DNA of 37,036 nt from Chlamydiia bacterium (GTDB lineage: Bacteria > Chlamydiota > Chlamydiia > Chlamydiales > JBMOFD01). This document shows, one piece after another, positions 25,376-34,883 of this stretch. The position numbers and the translations under genes were made by a program. The notes under the pieces were generated by a model, which was not told where the DNA came from, did not search any database, and saw only the letters and a program-made list of their open reading frames with translations. Position 1 is the stretch's first letter; the number at the start of each line of letters is the position of its first letter. The stretch lies in contig JBMOFD010000008.1 in NCBI GenBank assembly GCA_049314435.1, positions 1 to 37,036 on the forward strand. Direction: 5' to 3'.

Positions 25376-26286
25376 GAGCTCTTCGCCTCGGTGACCATAT
25401 GGTCGGACCAGGCTATCCGCCTCTTCTATTGTCTCCACGGTTGCTATCGGAGGAGTGCGCTCCCTACGCGCTCCATCGGTCGCTTCCATGTGCTCCTGAG
25501 GCGGTTGGCTGTGTGATGAGGCCCTATCCTCTTGATCTAGAGGAGCGTCTCTGGGTCTGGCCACCCGCAGTCAGGGGTCCACTTTGTCTGGAACTTGGTC
25601 GTCAGATCGTCATTGATGCTCGAGGTAAGGCGTCCTCGATGACCTATGAGGAGTGGCACCAGCTACTCAGGATGGGGGTGCGTGTTCGACTCTGCATCTT
25701 GCATATCGATCAGATGCAGCATCTGCGTTGGAGAACCCTTCTTAGAGATCTGCAGATGTTGCCCATCGTCCCCGTCGCCGATGCCATGGCCTTGGGCCAG
25801 GCGGCAGCTCTGGAGGTGCCCATCCTTAAGGTGGCTTCTGCCGTGACCGAGCATGATCTGCTGGCCTTTCGAAGGGTGGTGAAGAGAAGCAGAGTCGACC
25901 AAGACGGGGAGATTCGCAGGATGGCTCTTAGTGCGACAGCCCTGATCCGAAAGGGAGAGCCTCTCTGGGATCATGTCTGGCAGCCACAGGCCAGCACAGG
26001 TCGTGGATTGCCCTTTCAGGCACGGCATTGGGTGAGACACTGTAGGGCTAGTTGTGATCTGCTCCCAGGTCATGTCATGATGCGACACGATCTCATCTTG
26101 CCGCGCAGTCCTTTGGGGGCCAACGCGGCAGTGCGAGCTACGGAGGAACATGCAAGATACAACACCCTCACAGGTCCTCTTTCGGGGCAAGGCTTTGAAG
26201 TTGAATGGGACTCCCTTGAAGAGGAAGAGTGCACTGCCCTCCGTGAGCTTGTTACGGCCGGATATGTCTACGGCTCAGACGAGTGA
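25372..26286 (+). CDS. Degenerate NeuB/SpsE-like protein with SAF (AFP-like) domain, probably non-catalytic or a pseudogene
   Basis: LRLGDHMVGPGYPPLLL, TYEEWHQL, LEVPILKVASAVT and SAF-like RMALSATALIRKGE..GRGLP..ASCDLLPGHVMMRHDL. ATGA overlap with the upstream stop. Confidence 0.6.
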   Translation: MRALRLGDHMVGPGYPPLLLSPRLLSEECAPYALHRSLPCAPEAVGCVMRPYPLDLEERLWVWPPAVRGPLCLELGRQIVIDARGKASSMTYEEWHQLLRMGVRVRLCILHIDQMQHLRWRTLLRDLQMLPIVPVADAMALGQAAALEVPILKVASAVTEHDLLAFRRVVKRSRVDQDGEIRRMALSATALIRKGEPLWDHVWQPQASTGRGLPFQARHWVRHCRASCDLLPGHVMMRHDLILPRSPLGANAAVRATEEHARYNTLTGPLSGQGFEVEWDSLEEEECTALRELVTAGYVYGSDE

Positions 26287-26662
26287 TTGGCGAGGCAAGT
26301 GGACGATCGTCACCACGGTGCCGAGTCTAGACACCCCTGTATGCAGCACGCAGGCACAGCAGTGCGAGGCGATGGCCAAAGAGCGTGGGCAAGAGTTGCA
26401 GTGGGTGGTGATTTCCGAAGACACGCCGTTTGCTCAAAAGCGCTGGCTAGGTGAACATATGTGTCACAACGTGCAGTGCTTTAGCGATGCACGAGAACAT
26501 GCCTTTGCCAAAGCCACGGGCCTATGGATCGATGATTGGGGAGTGCTAGCTCGAGGAGCTCTTTTGGTGGATCCTCAAGGAGTCGTCCAGGGTATGGTCA
26601 TTGCTCCTGAGGTCTCGGAGATCCCCGACTACGAGCTGCTCCTACGCAGCCTGGCCAGCTGA
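26150..26662 (+). CDS. tpx: Thiol peroxidase (Tpx family)
   Basis: GGAGGA RBS. VLFRGKALKLNG, VPSLDTPVC, ISEDTPFAQKRW, LARGALLVD. Confidence 0.93.
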   Translation: MQDTTPSQVLFRGKALKLNGTPLKRKSALPSVSLLRPDMSTAQTSDWRGKWTIVTTVPSLDTPVCSTQAQQCEAMAKERGQELQWVVISEDTPFAQKRWLGEHMCHNVQCFSDAREHAFAKATGLWIDDWGVLARGALLVDPQGVVQGMVIAPEVSEIPDYELLLRSLAS

Positions 26663-26780
26663 GCGGCGGCTCATGTTTGTGTAGAAACTCCCAGGTGTTG
26701 TATGCACGTGGGAGCATCTACAGGTTTTGGACTCGCATGTCGAGACCGCCTGGAAAGCGGCATAGATTCCTGAGGTAAGT

Positions 26781-27353
26781 ATGTTTAGGACCGGTAGACA
26801 GGCGGTCATGGCGGCGCTCTTTGCAATGGGTTGCATAGCTCAAACCGGGTGTGAGACCAAGGCGCAGACGGGGGCTTTGACTGGAGCCGCCGTAGGGACA
26901 GCCGCAGGGGCTCTGATCGGAGGGAATGTGGGCGGAGCGGCTATTGGGGCCGGTCTGGGCGTCCTCGCAGGGGGTGTTGTTGGACTGGGCATGGATGAGT
27001 CGGATCGTTCCCGTGAGCAGCCACAGCCTCAACAGCCATTTCTCAGGAGGGTTTCCTATCGCGAGATCGCTGGTTGGGTCAAGCACAATGAATACGCTAA
27101 CCTCAACAACCTAGGTCAATATCAGGTCACGGCTAGCGACCTCAATAAGTTGAATGCCGCATATGCCAACCAGCGATTCGAGGCTGCGGATTCTCCTTTG
27201 ACCACGCTACAGCTGGCTCAGCTCTATGGAGTGATCTGCTTCTTCCAGAGTTCGACCAACCCGATCTGCTCCGAGCCTCCAGAATTGGGTCAGGATGTCA
27301 GCAGTGACCAGCCTAGTGACATGAGTTCCGATAGCCAGGTAGTCTCTCTATAG
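26781..27353 (+). CDS. Glycine-zipper lipoprotein
   Basis: GAGG RBS, lipobox-like QTGC, TGALTGAAVGTAAGALIGG..GAAIGAGLGVLAGGVVG. Confidence 0.82.
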   Translation: MFRTGRQAVMAALFAMGCIAQTGCETKAQTGALTGAAVGTAAGALIGGNVGGAAIGAGLGVLAGGVVGLGMDESDRSREQPQPQQPFLRRVSYREIAGWVKHNEYANLNNLGQYQVTASDLNKLNAAYANQRFEAADSPLTTLQLAQLYGVICFFQSSTNPICSEPPELGQDVSSDQPSDMSSDSQVVSL

Positions 27354-27430
27354 AGGCTTCTAGTTTGCCAGCGTGGTGGGTGCCACCATGCTGGCAAAAG
27401 AGTGTTTGTTCCTTTCTCCCCACCTTGTTC

Positions 27431-28348
27431 ATGTTCAGCCATATCCGACGCGTCCTCTGCGGGCTAACCCTGATTGCCTGCTCTGCGGGCCTTGCCTTCC
27501 GAGCTCAGAATTCGCCCTTCATTGGGGTGGTCCTGCAAGGGCAGCTGGGCAACCAGATGTTCCAGATCGCTACGGCATATGCCTATGCATTAGACCATCA
27601 TCTCCAGCTTTACGTGCCCTCGCTGTCTAAGCAGACGAAGTGGGGTGTGCCCGTCAATCGCGAGACGATGTTTCGAAGAGTGTGTGGTAAGGACTATCCA
27701 TATTGGCCGCGGGCGGCCTATCACGAGCCGAGATTCGGCTATGAGCCGCTTCCAAGCTGTGTGAATCGCCAAATCATTGGCTTCTTCCAGTCTGAAAAGT
27801 ACTTTGCTCATCATAGAAGAGAAATTCTGGATCTCTTTGCCTACGACCAAAAGGACATTGATCTCGTCCAAGAGCGCTATCCACAACTGGTTACAGAGCC
27901 GCACTTGGTAGGAGTGCAACTGCGCAGCTACTTACGCGAGGACGTGAGTGAAAGTCATCCTACGTATGGCAGGGAATACTTCCGGCAGGCAATGAGCCAG
28001 TTCCCTCCAGAGTGCCTCTTTGTAGTCGTTTCCGACCGCATTGAATTGGCCAAGCGCATTTTGAGTGACCTACCGCACAGAATGCTATTCGTGGAAAAGC
28101 AGTCCTACTATCACGACATGCTCGTGCTCAGTCTCTGTCAGGACTTTGTGCTCACTAACTCCACCTTTGGATGGTGGGGAGCTTGGCTATCAGAGGCGCC
28201 CAACAAACGGGTTATCACTCCAAGCCCCTGGTTTGGGCCCGCCTATGCTGAGTTGGACACTAAGGATATTGTGCCCGAGAGTTGGGAGATCATCCACTGT
28301 CCTCAGGCAATCCTAGATCCTAAGACCGCACCGCCCGAGGCCTTCTAG
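27431..28348 (+). CDS. Glycosyltransferase family 11 (alpha-1,2-fucosyltransferase-like)
   Basis: GQLGNQMFQIA, GFFQSEKYF, NSTFGWWGAWL, VITPSPWF, DIVPESW. N-terminal membrane anchor. Confidence 0.9.
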   Translation: MFSHIRRVLCGLTLIACSAGLAFRAQNSPFIGVVLQGQLGNQMFQIATAYAYALDHHLQLYVPSLSKQTKWGVPVNRETMFRRVCGKDYPYWPRAAYHEPRFGYEPLPSCVNRQIIGFFQSEKYFAHHRREILDLFAYDQKDIDLVQERYPQLVTEPHLVGVQLRSYLREDVSESHPTYGREYFRQAMSQFPPECLFVVVSDRIELAKRILSDLPHRMLFVEKQSYYHDMLVLSLCQDFVLTNSTFGWWGAWLSEAPNKRVITPSPWFGPAYAELDTKDIVPESWEIIHCPQAILDPKTAPPEAF

Positions 28349-28468
28349 TCGAGCAAGCAACTCGGTGTGAGTGACTTGAGAAGACAGTTCCTCGGTATAG
28401 AAAGCCGATGCAGACGTTCCCTTCAGCCAAACTCCTCTCCGTGTATGATAACGCCAGGAGAGTGGTAT

Positions 28469-30208
28469 ATGCCCTGGAAACAGCTTCTGAGTGAATTCTT
28501 TTCTCGTATCGTCCGTCCTTACTATACGGGACCAGGTCGCCATAAGATTTGGGGTCACACCCTCCTGATCTTTATCTGCCTTCTCTGCATGACCGGCATG
28601 ATGGTGCTGCTGAACCAGTGGCAGCGCAACTTTTACAACGCTCTCGAGGAGAAGGACTTTTCTGCCTTCCTCTGGCTCATTGGGCAGTTCAGCATTTTGG
28701 TGACGTTGTTGATCGCGGCCAGCATTGCGCAGCTCCGGTTGATGAGGAATTTTTGCATTCGTTGGCGCACCTGGGCGACCGAGCGATTTATGGGAAAGTG
28801 GTTAGAGGGACAGCGCTACTACCACCTTGAGCTGCTTCGCGATCGTGCAGATAACCCCGATCAGCGCATCACGGATGACGTCTACTATTGCACGAACGAC
28901 ACGGTGGAGCTGGTCGTGGGATTCTTCCACCGTCTGGTCTCGTTGCTGAGCTTTGTGGGGGTGCTGTGGATGCTCTCAGGTTCTCTTTCGTTCCATATTG
29001 GTGAGACGGAGATCAATATCCCGGGGTACATGGTGTGGATCTCTCTCCTGTACGCTCTAGTCGGTAGCTTGCTGACTCATGCCATTGGGAAGCCCCTGAA
29101 CCGACTCAACTATGAGGCGGAACGAGCTGAGGCGAACTTCCGAACAGGTCTCTTCCGGATTCGGGAGCACGCTGAGAGCGTGGCGCTCTACCGTGGCGAG
29201 GGGGCGGAGACAAGAGAGCTCAAGAAGAGCTTTTTCGGGATTCGCACGCTCTTTGACCTAGTGACCTCGGCACGCCTCCGGCTTGACTCCTTTGTCACAG
29301 GCTATAGGCAATGCGCCATCATTGCTCCGGTCCTGATCGTGGCTCCAGAGTATTTTACGACGGCGATGACGCTTGGAGCGATGATCCAGGTCATCTCGGC
29401 CTTTGGCCATGTGAGTGACTCACTCAGCTGGTTTGTGGAGCAATATGCTGCTTTGAGTAACTGGCGCGCTGGCGTAGAGCGACTCGTTGGGTTTGCTCGG
29501 ATCCTTGAATCGCCCCACCACGAGGCTTCTTGCTGTGAGTTGGTACGCCAAACGACTGAGGAAGAAACTGTCTGTGCTAAGGAGGCTCTGGAGGTCCAGC
29601 TGCCAGGTGGAGAGCTTCTGTTACAGACGCCGGCCTTCGGGTTGCGTCCTGGGATGAGGGTTCTATTATCAGGCCCTTCAGGGGCAGGGAAGAGCACCTT
29701 GCTTCGCGTTCTGGCTGGGCTATGGCCCTATGGGAAGGGAACGATCCATCATCCGGAACAAGGCGTCCTCTTTTTGCCACAGCGGCCCTATCTTCCGCAT
29801 GGCAATCTGAGGCAGGTCTTGGCGTTTCCCGAGGATGCGGAGCTGTTCACCGAGGTTCAGTACAAGCGTGCCTTAGAGTTGGCGGAGCTAGCTTCCTGTG
29901 CGGAGTGGCTCGATCAGGTGCGCAACTGGCAGATGGTCCTCAGCGGGGGAGAGCAGCAGCGTGTAGGGTTTGCCAGAGTGTTTCTACAGCAGCCAAAGTG
30001 GCTGTTCATGGACGAGTCGAGTTCGGCCTTAGATGAGGAGACAGAGCGGGTTCTCTTTGAGCGGCTCGCCAAGGAGCTGCCCAATACAGCAGTCTTGACG
30101 GTGGCTCATCGACCTCATCTTTCGACGCACCACCATCAGTGCTGGAAGGTGCAGCCCGGTGCTACAGGCTCACGATTGGAGGGTGTTCCCGTCGCTGAAA
30201 CCTGCTAG
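28469..30208 (+). CDS. ABC transporter, YddA/BacA-like (ABCD-type) permease-ATPase fusion
   Basis: FYNALEE, DNPDQRITDD, EANFR..REHAESVALYRGE, GPSGAGKST, FLPQRPY, LSGGEQQR, DESSSALD. AGGAG RBS before ATG 28469. Confidence 0.93.
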   Translation: MPWKQLLSEFFSRIVRPYYTGPGRHKIWGHTLLIFICLLCMTGMMVLLNQWQRNFYNALEEKDFSAFLWLIGQFSILVTLLIAASIAQLRLMRNFCIRWRTWATERFMGKWLEGQRYYHLELLRDRADNPDQRITDDVYYCTNDTVELVVGFFHRLVSLLSFVGVLWMLSGSLSFHIGETEINIPGYMVWISLLYALVGSLLTHAIGKPLNRLNYEAERAEANFRTGLFRIREHAESVALYRGEGAETRELKKSFFGIRTLFDLVTSARLRLDSFVTGYRQCAIIAPVLIVAPEYFTTAMTLGAMIQVISAFGHVSDSLSWFVEQYAALSNWRAGVERLVGFARILESPHHEASCCELVRQTTEEETVCAKEALEVQLPGGELLLQTPAFGLRPGMRVLLSGPSGAGKSTLLRVLAGLWPYGKGTIHHPEQGVLFLPQRPYLPHGNLRQVLAFPEDAELFTEVQYKRALELAELASCAEWLDQVRNWQMVLSGGEQQRVGFARVFLQQPKWLFMDESSSALDEETERVLFERLAKELPNTAVLTVAHRPHLSTHHHQCWKVQPGATGSRLEGVPVAETC

Positions 30209-30242
30209 TGTTGAGGTTCCCTTTCGCGGAATGGGGCCGTCG

Positions 30243-30932
30243 TTATCGGACGCGTGATGGCGGTTCAGTTGAAGCTAGGTGTCCGTCGGCGAGCTGCAAC
30301 GTGCGGGTGCATCGGTTGGCAAGGTGATGGTCATGGGTGACAACCAGTAGAGCTCGGGTAGGAGAGACCTGTTGTAAGAGGAGGTCTTGGATCACTCGTC
30401 CGGTGCGGGGATCGAGATTCCCGCTCGGCTCGTCTGCAAGGATCAGGAGCGGTTCCATGATCAGAGCGCGGGCAATGGCCACGCGCTGCTTTTCGCCTCC
30501 ACTAAGAACTCGGCATGGCGACGAGATCCGAGATCCCAATTCCATCGATTCCAGTAGATCACAGGCGCGCTGTCGAATAGGGGTGCCACGGCCAGTGGCC
30601 TCACGCGCGATGCTGGCTGGCATGAGTACGTTTTCAAGAGGTGTCATGCTCTCGAGTAGATGGCAGCCTTGGAACACGAAGCCGATGTGGCGATTTCTCC
30701 AGAGGGGTGCTTGATGCCACGGGATCTCCTCACCAGCATGGAGGATACGACCTGCAGTGGGCTTCTGCAGGAGGCCCAGTATCTGTAGGAGCGTGGACTT
30801 CCCAGCCCCACTGCAGCCGATCACAGCTAACGACTCGCCAGCATGGAGTTCGAGGTCGAGGTCATGCAGGATCTGGATCGGAGGCTGTCCGGGGATCGTT
30901 AGATCGATCTTTTGGGCAAGGAGCAGGCTCAT
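30243..30932 (-). CDS. lolD: LolD-like ABC ATPase
   Basis: GCSGAGKSTLL, IGFVFQ, LSGGEKQRVAIARAL, ADEPSGNLD, VVTHD. Coupled to a LolC/E-like permease. Confidence 0.85.
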   Translation of the reverse strand: MSLLLAQKIDLTIPGQPPIQILHDLDLELHAGESLAVIGCSGAGKSTLLQILGLLQKPTAGRILHAGEEIPWHQAPLWRNRHIGFVFQGCHLLESMTPLENVLMPASIAREATGRGTPIRQRACDLLESMELGSRISSPCRVLSGGEKQRVAIARALIMEPLLILADEPSGNLDPRTGRVIQDLLLQQVSPTRALLVVTHDHHLANRCTRTLQLADGHLASTEPPSRVR

Positions 30933-32365
30933 GATGACTCACTCTTGAGGATAAGACTGGGTTGAAGCCGGCAGGCGCGCAAAGCCGGTAGCATACCCGA
31001 CAGGATGGCTAGACACGGCGTAGCGTACCAGACAAACTGTAGAGCTCGTGCTGAGCAGTGATTAGGCAGGGATCCGCCGAAGAAGGCTGGATGAAAAGCG
31101 GGATGTCCCTGTAACCAGGTGAGGAGTTGGACGAGGTGGTCGAGCTTCCAGAGTGTGAAGAGAGCGAGACCGGTTCCAAGAAGGGCTCCGCCGAGTCCAA
31201 TCGCAAGACCAGCTCCTCCAAAGACCACCGCCATCTGGAGCTCGGTGGCACCCATGGCGCGCAGGATCCCGATCTCCTTGCGTCGCTCATGCACCAGCAG
31301 GACTAGGAAGCTGATGATGTTAGCGCAGGCCACTGTAAGGACAATCAGGGCAATCAGAGAGAAGAGCATACGGTCACTTTCGAACTGCTGGAAAAGCTCC
31401 TGGGCAAAGTCGAGCTCGCGGTAGCTCTCTACGCGCCAGTAGCGCTGCCCACCTGTTTGCTCAAGGGCGCGAACCAGATGCTCTTTGATCATCTGGCTCT
31501 TCTGCAGGTCGGCGGCAGCAATCTGGATGCCATGGAGCTGGGGAGACTCCTCGGGAGAGGTGAGGTGGCCTAAGCGACGCAGCAGGGCAGGACTAGCGAG
31601 TAGGATGCGTCCCCCTACGGGCATGATGCCCGCATCATAGAAGCCCTCGACCTGGAGAGGGATGCGTCGATCGGTGACTCCCTGTGCTCCAAACTTCTGT
31701 ACTGTGATCCAGCCTTGGTCTCCGATCTGCGCTCCAGCATCAGAGAATGCCTTAGGAAAAAGAGCCCCCGTCTTCAGATCAAGGTGTTCCAGATCAGTCC
31801 CCGATGCACCTAGCCGCTTTACAGCCGACGGAAGGGTATCCCAGCTGGCGAGCAGAACCGGTTGTTGCATCGTGGAGGTGCGTGTGGCCAGAAGGAGCAT
31901 GCCAGGCGCGCCCTGGTAGGGATGGGCCTCGATGGGGATGCCTTCCTGTTCAACGCAATGCAGGGCCTCCTTGAGGGCTAAGATGGGAGAGGGCATCCCT
32001 GCCTGTCGCATGGCCTCGAGATCAGCAGGAAGCTCAGGGTCCTCTTCGGGATCCCAGGTGTCTCTAGGATCTTGCCAGACCTCTAGGATCGACCGATGAT
32101 GTCCCTGTGTGATCCCAGACCATGTTTCGACCTGGTAGGCATAGCTCTTGGCATATTCCTGGGTGGGCGTGATACGAACTGCTCCGTGCAGCGCGGTTAA
32201 ACGCTGCACCCAGCCCACTTCTAGACCCTCTGTGACTGAGAAAAAAACGAGAACGAGCCAGACCACTAAGGCAATGACACCCATCGCCAGGAGGGCTAGG
32301 AGGGCATTGGAGCGACGTCCAGCACGAGGATGAAAGAGAGATTGAAGAAGTTTGAGTTCAAACAC
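30929..32365 (-). CDS. LolC/LolE-like (FtsX family) permease
   Basis: N-terminal TM, VACANIISFLVLLVHERRKEIGILRAMGA, PALRACRLQP. GTG 32365 (or ATG 32389). The rpmG-lolC/E-lolD order matches Chlamydia. Confidence 0.9.
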   Translation of the reverse strand: MFELKLLQSLFHPRAGRRSNALLALLAMGVIALVVWLVLVFFSVTEGLEVGWVQRLTALHGAVRITPTQEYAKSYAYQVETWSGITQGHHRSILEVWQDPRDTWDPEEDPELPADLEAMRQAGMPSPILALKEALHCVEQEGIPIEAHPYQGAPGMLLLATRTSTMQQPVLLASWDTLPSAVKRLGASGTDLEHLDLKTGALFPKAFSDAGAQIGDQGWITVQKFGAQGVTDRRIPLQVEGFYDAGIMPVGGRILLASPALLRRLGHLTSPEESPQLHGIQIAAADLQKSQMIKEHLVRALEQTGGQRYWRVESYRELDFAQELFQQFESDRMLFSLIALIVLTVACANIISFLVLLVHERRKEIGILRAMGATELQMAVVFGGAGLAIGLGGALLGTGLALFTLWKLDHLVQLLTWLQGHPAFHPAFFGGSLPNHCSARALQFVWYATPCLAILSGMLPALRACRLQPSLILKSESS

Positions 32366-32437
32366 AGAAGGGCCACGATGAAAGCCCATAATAGCTCATC
32401 GTGGCCCCTCTTGACTAGGGTTGGAAAGAAGGAAGAA

Positions 32438-32596
32438 TTACTTCGATTCTTTGAACGTAACGTGTTTGCGCAGACGCTTGTCGTAACGCTTCAGCTCAAT
32501 ACGACCTGTCGTGTTGCGCTTGTTCTTGATCTTCGTGATCACTGTTGGGCTCTCAGAGCTCTTCAGTTTGATGATTTCCCTTGGGGAAGCAGCCAT
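32438..32596 (-). CDS. rpmG: 50S ribosomal protein L33 (Cys-free form)
   Basis: Manual translation MAASPREIIKLKSSESPTVITKIKNKRNTTGRIELKRYDKRLRKHVTFKESK. At 52 aa it is absent from the ORF track. Confidence 0.97.
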   Translation of the reverse strand: MAASPREIIKLKSSESPTVITKIKNKRNTTGRIELKRYDKRLRKHVTFKESK

Positions 32597-32725
32597 AGTG
32601 TCTCAAATTCTTAGCAGATTGGTGCCGCCAGGATAGCAGCTTCGAGACATTATCTTCTAGAGAGCGGACCGCTGTTTTGATTTCAAAAAAATAGTCATCG
32701 AATGCGGGAGGCAGAGCTTTAGGTC

Positions 32726-33760
32726 CTATTCGTTTTGATCTGTGTTCGACCATGGCATGAGAGGGGATGCCTCCAATGAAAGAGATGCGCTGGTGGGATG
32801 AGCTTGAAAAAGGTGGTAGCCCAAACCGGCGATCATGGCAGCGTTGTCTGTACTGAGTCCTGCTGCTGGCCAGTAGATGGGTAGAGTCCCAGCTTGATCG
32901 TGCAGCAGTTCTCGCAGGCGTTGATTACAGGTGACGCCTCCGCCCAGAACGATGGAGCGCGCACCCAGTTGCTGACATGCCAACAGAGTTTTCCGCACCA
33001 CATCTTGTAAGGCGGCTTCTTGGAAGCTGGCCGCCAGATCAGCGCGCTCTTGTGGGGAGAGATGGGCAAGGGAGCGGCCATCTTGGCCGTGGGTGGTATA
33101 GAGCACAGCGGTCTTTAAGCCAGAGAAGCTGAAGTCGAGTGGGCGGCCCTTGACCTGACCTGCTTTAAGCGGGTAGCGCTGCCGATCTCCCGATTTGGCC
33201 AGGGCTTCGATCTGTGGTCCGCCAGGGTAGCTCATGCCGAGGAGCACAGACACCTTGTCGAAGGCTTCGCCGATGGCATCATCGACCGTGCACCCGATCA
33301 GCTCATAGCGACCCAATTCCTTGATCAAGCAGAGAGCGGTGTGGCCGCCGGAGACTACCACGCCCAGCGCGGGCAGTTCGAGGGTCTCCAGGTGTCCCAT
33401 CATAGCGGCGTAGAGGTGAGCTTCAACATGGTTCACACCGACAAAGGGAATCTGAGTAGCGAGGGAGAGCGCCTTGGCGGCATTGAGTCCGATGAGAAGG
33501 GCTCCGACAAGACCGGGACCACTGGCAACGGCGATCAGATCGATCTCATTGAGTTGTAGGTTGCCTTGGGTGAGGGCATCTTGTAAGACGGGGATGACGA
33601 CTTCGACGTGTCTGCGGCAAGCCAACTCTGGGACGACTCCTTGGAAGGGAGTATGCACATCATATTGCGAGGCGGTGACGACGGAGAGGATAGTGGAACC
33701 ATCTTTTACGATGGCGCAGGAAGTTTCATCACAGGTTGTTTCGATACCAAGAACAAGCAT
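32726..33760 (-). CDS. tsaD: tRNA N6-threonylcarbamoyladenosine transferase TsaD
   Basis: MLVLGIETTCDET, GVVPELACRRH, NHVEAH, VSGGHT, DDAIGEAFDK, FSFSGLKT, TDNAAMIA. Confidence 0.98.
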   Translation of the reverse strand: MLVLGIETTCDETSCAIVKDGSTILSVVTASQYDVHTPFQGVVPELACRRHVEVVIPVLQDALTQGNLQLNEIDLIAVASGPGLVGALLIGLNAAKALSLATQIPFVGVNHVEAHLYAAMMGHLETLELPALGVVVSGGHTALCLIKELGRYELIGCTVDDAIGEAFDKVSVLLGMSYPGGPQIEALAKSGDRQRYPLKAGQVKGRPLDFSFSGLKTAVLYTTHGQDGRSLAHLSPQERADLAASFQEAALQDVVRKTLLACQQLGARSIVLGGGVTCNQRLRELLHDQAGTLPIYWPAAGLSTDNAAMIAGLGYHLFQAHPTSASLSLEASPLMPWSNTDQNE

Positions 33761-33930
33761 CAGAAGACTTGAGTAGATGGCCGGAGGAGATGGGAACTTG
33801 TAGGCAAAAAAATTGAGTGAGAGCCGAATGGCTCCCACTCATTAACCGACCTGAGCAAGTCACAAGGCGAGACGCTCTGTGCCAAGGTCCCAGATCAGTG
33901 GGCTAATGCGCGAGTAGACCTTTTTCGGGT

Positions 33931-34137
33931 CTAGACAGCGCAGACCTCTCCGGCTTCAGGACCTTTACGGCCTTCACGCACGACGAATTCTACACGTTGG
34001 CCTTCAACGAGCGCATGAGCGTCGCCGATAACAGCACTGATGTGCACAAAGAGTTCTTTCCCACCATCATCAGGAGCAATGAAACCAAAGCCCTTTTGTG
34101 TGTTGAAAAACTTGATTTTACCTTTAGACTTAGACAC
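33931..34137 (-). CDS. Cold-shock protein (CspA family)
   Basis: [36 protein letters not shown]. Confidence 0.97.
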   Translation of the reverse strand: MSKSKGKIKFFNTQKGFGFIAPDDGGKELFVHISAVIGDAHALVEGQRVEFVVREGRKGPEAGEVCAV

Positions 34138-34437
34138 TTAGACTTCACTTCTTTTATAGAGAGTTCTAGCCCTCTTGTTGAGGGGGTCTCCGCTCAGATC
34201 ATTTGAGCAAATTAGAGCCAACTCAACTCTAATCCTACACGTCTTCGGTATAATTTTGTTCGAAATCTCATCGGGGTCGCGAAAATAGGGCCGTCGTACA
34301 GGGAAGGAGGGGGGCTGAATTCCTGGGGACGGGCAGGCGGCGGACCGGAAATTGCCCACGCGTGCCAGGGAACGGGGGTAGTTGAAACTATCGGCTGGGT
34401 CGTTTAACCGGGTCCTACACGATAACAAGGTGATTGT

Positions 34438-34806
34438 ATGTTGATTAGGAACATTGTGACATTCGTTGCATGCGCTGCGGTGGCCTGCAACCTATCTGCC
34501 ATTGGACAGTTCCCCACCTACGGGGTGATGGATGAGCCTCCTATGGAGAGCACTCATCATGCTGGCATGGATAGCGCCATGCAGACCTGCATGTCTGGTT
34601 CGATGACGGGACATGAGATGTCGAAGTGCATGTCGAATCAGATGCACGGGGACCATGCCAAGTGCCGCACACAGCACGATGATTCCGTGATGTGCTGCAG
34701 CATGAAGGTGGATGGTCAGAAAGAGAAGACTTGCAGCAAGTGTCCTGGTGGCGGCTGTGGCAAGAAGGATGGGAAAAAATCCGGTGGCAACCGAGTCGGC
34801 ATCTAA
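34438..34806 (+). CDS. Small secreted Cys/Met/His-rich protein (paralog A)
   Basis: AAGGTG RBS, signal peptide ending NLSA, many Met/Cys, MCCSM. Confidence 0.78.
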   Translation: MLIRNIVTFVACAAVACNLSAIGQFPTYGVMDEPPMESTHHAGMDSAMQTCMSGSMTGHEMSKCMSNQMHGDHAKCRTQHDDSVMCCSMKVDGQKEKTCSKCPGGGCGKKDGKKSGGNRVGI

Positions 34807-34831
34807 TTAGGTGACGACCTGCCGATAGAAA

Positions 34832-34883
34832 CAGGGCCTGCTATTCCTCATTGGTTAGGGGAGTGGCAGGCCCTGCTGTTTGT
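34832..34883 (+). terminator. Probable terminator after paralog A
   Basis: 18-bp hairpin CAGGGCCTGCTATTCCTC/GGGGAGTGGCAGGCCCTG (with G-U pairs), then CTGTTTGT. Confidence 0.65.

Noticed and set aside
32330..32753. ORF-track ORFs 32330-32614(+) and 32553-32753(-)
   Set aside because: They are shadows of the real rpmG (32438-32596, minus) and the end of tsaD.
34353..34367. Sigma-54-like TGGCACG on the minus strand upstream of the csp gene
   Set aside because: GG-to-GC spacing is 9 nt instead of the required 10.
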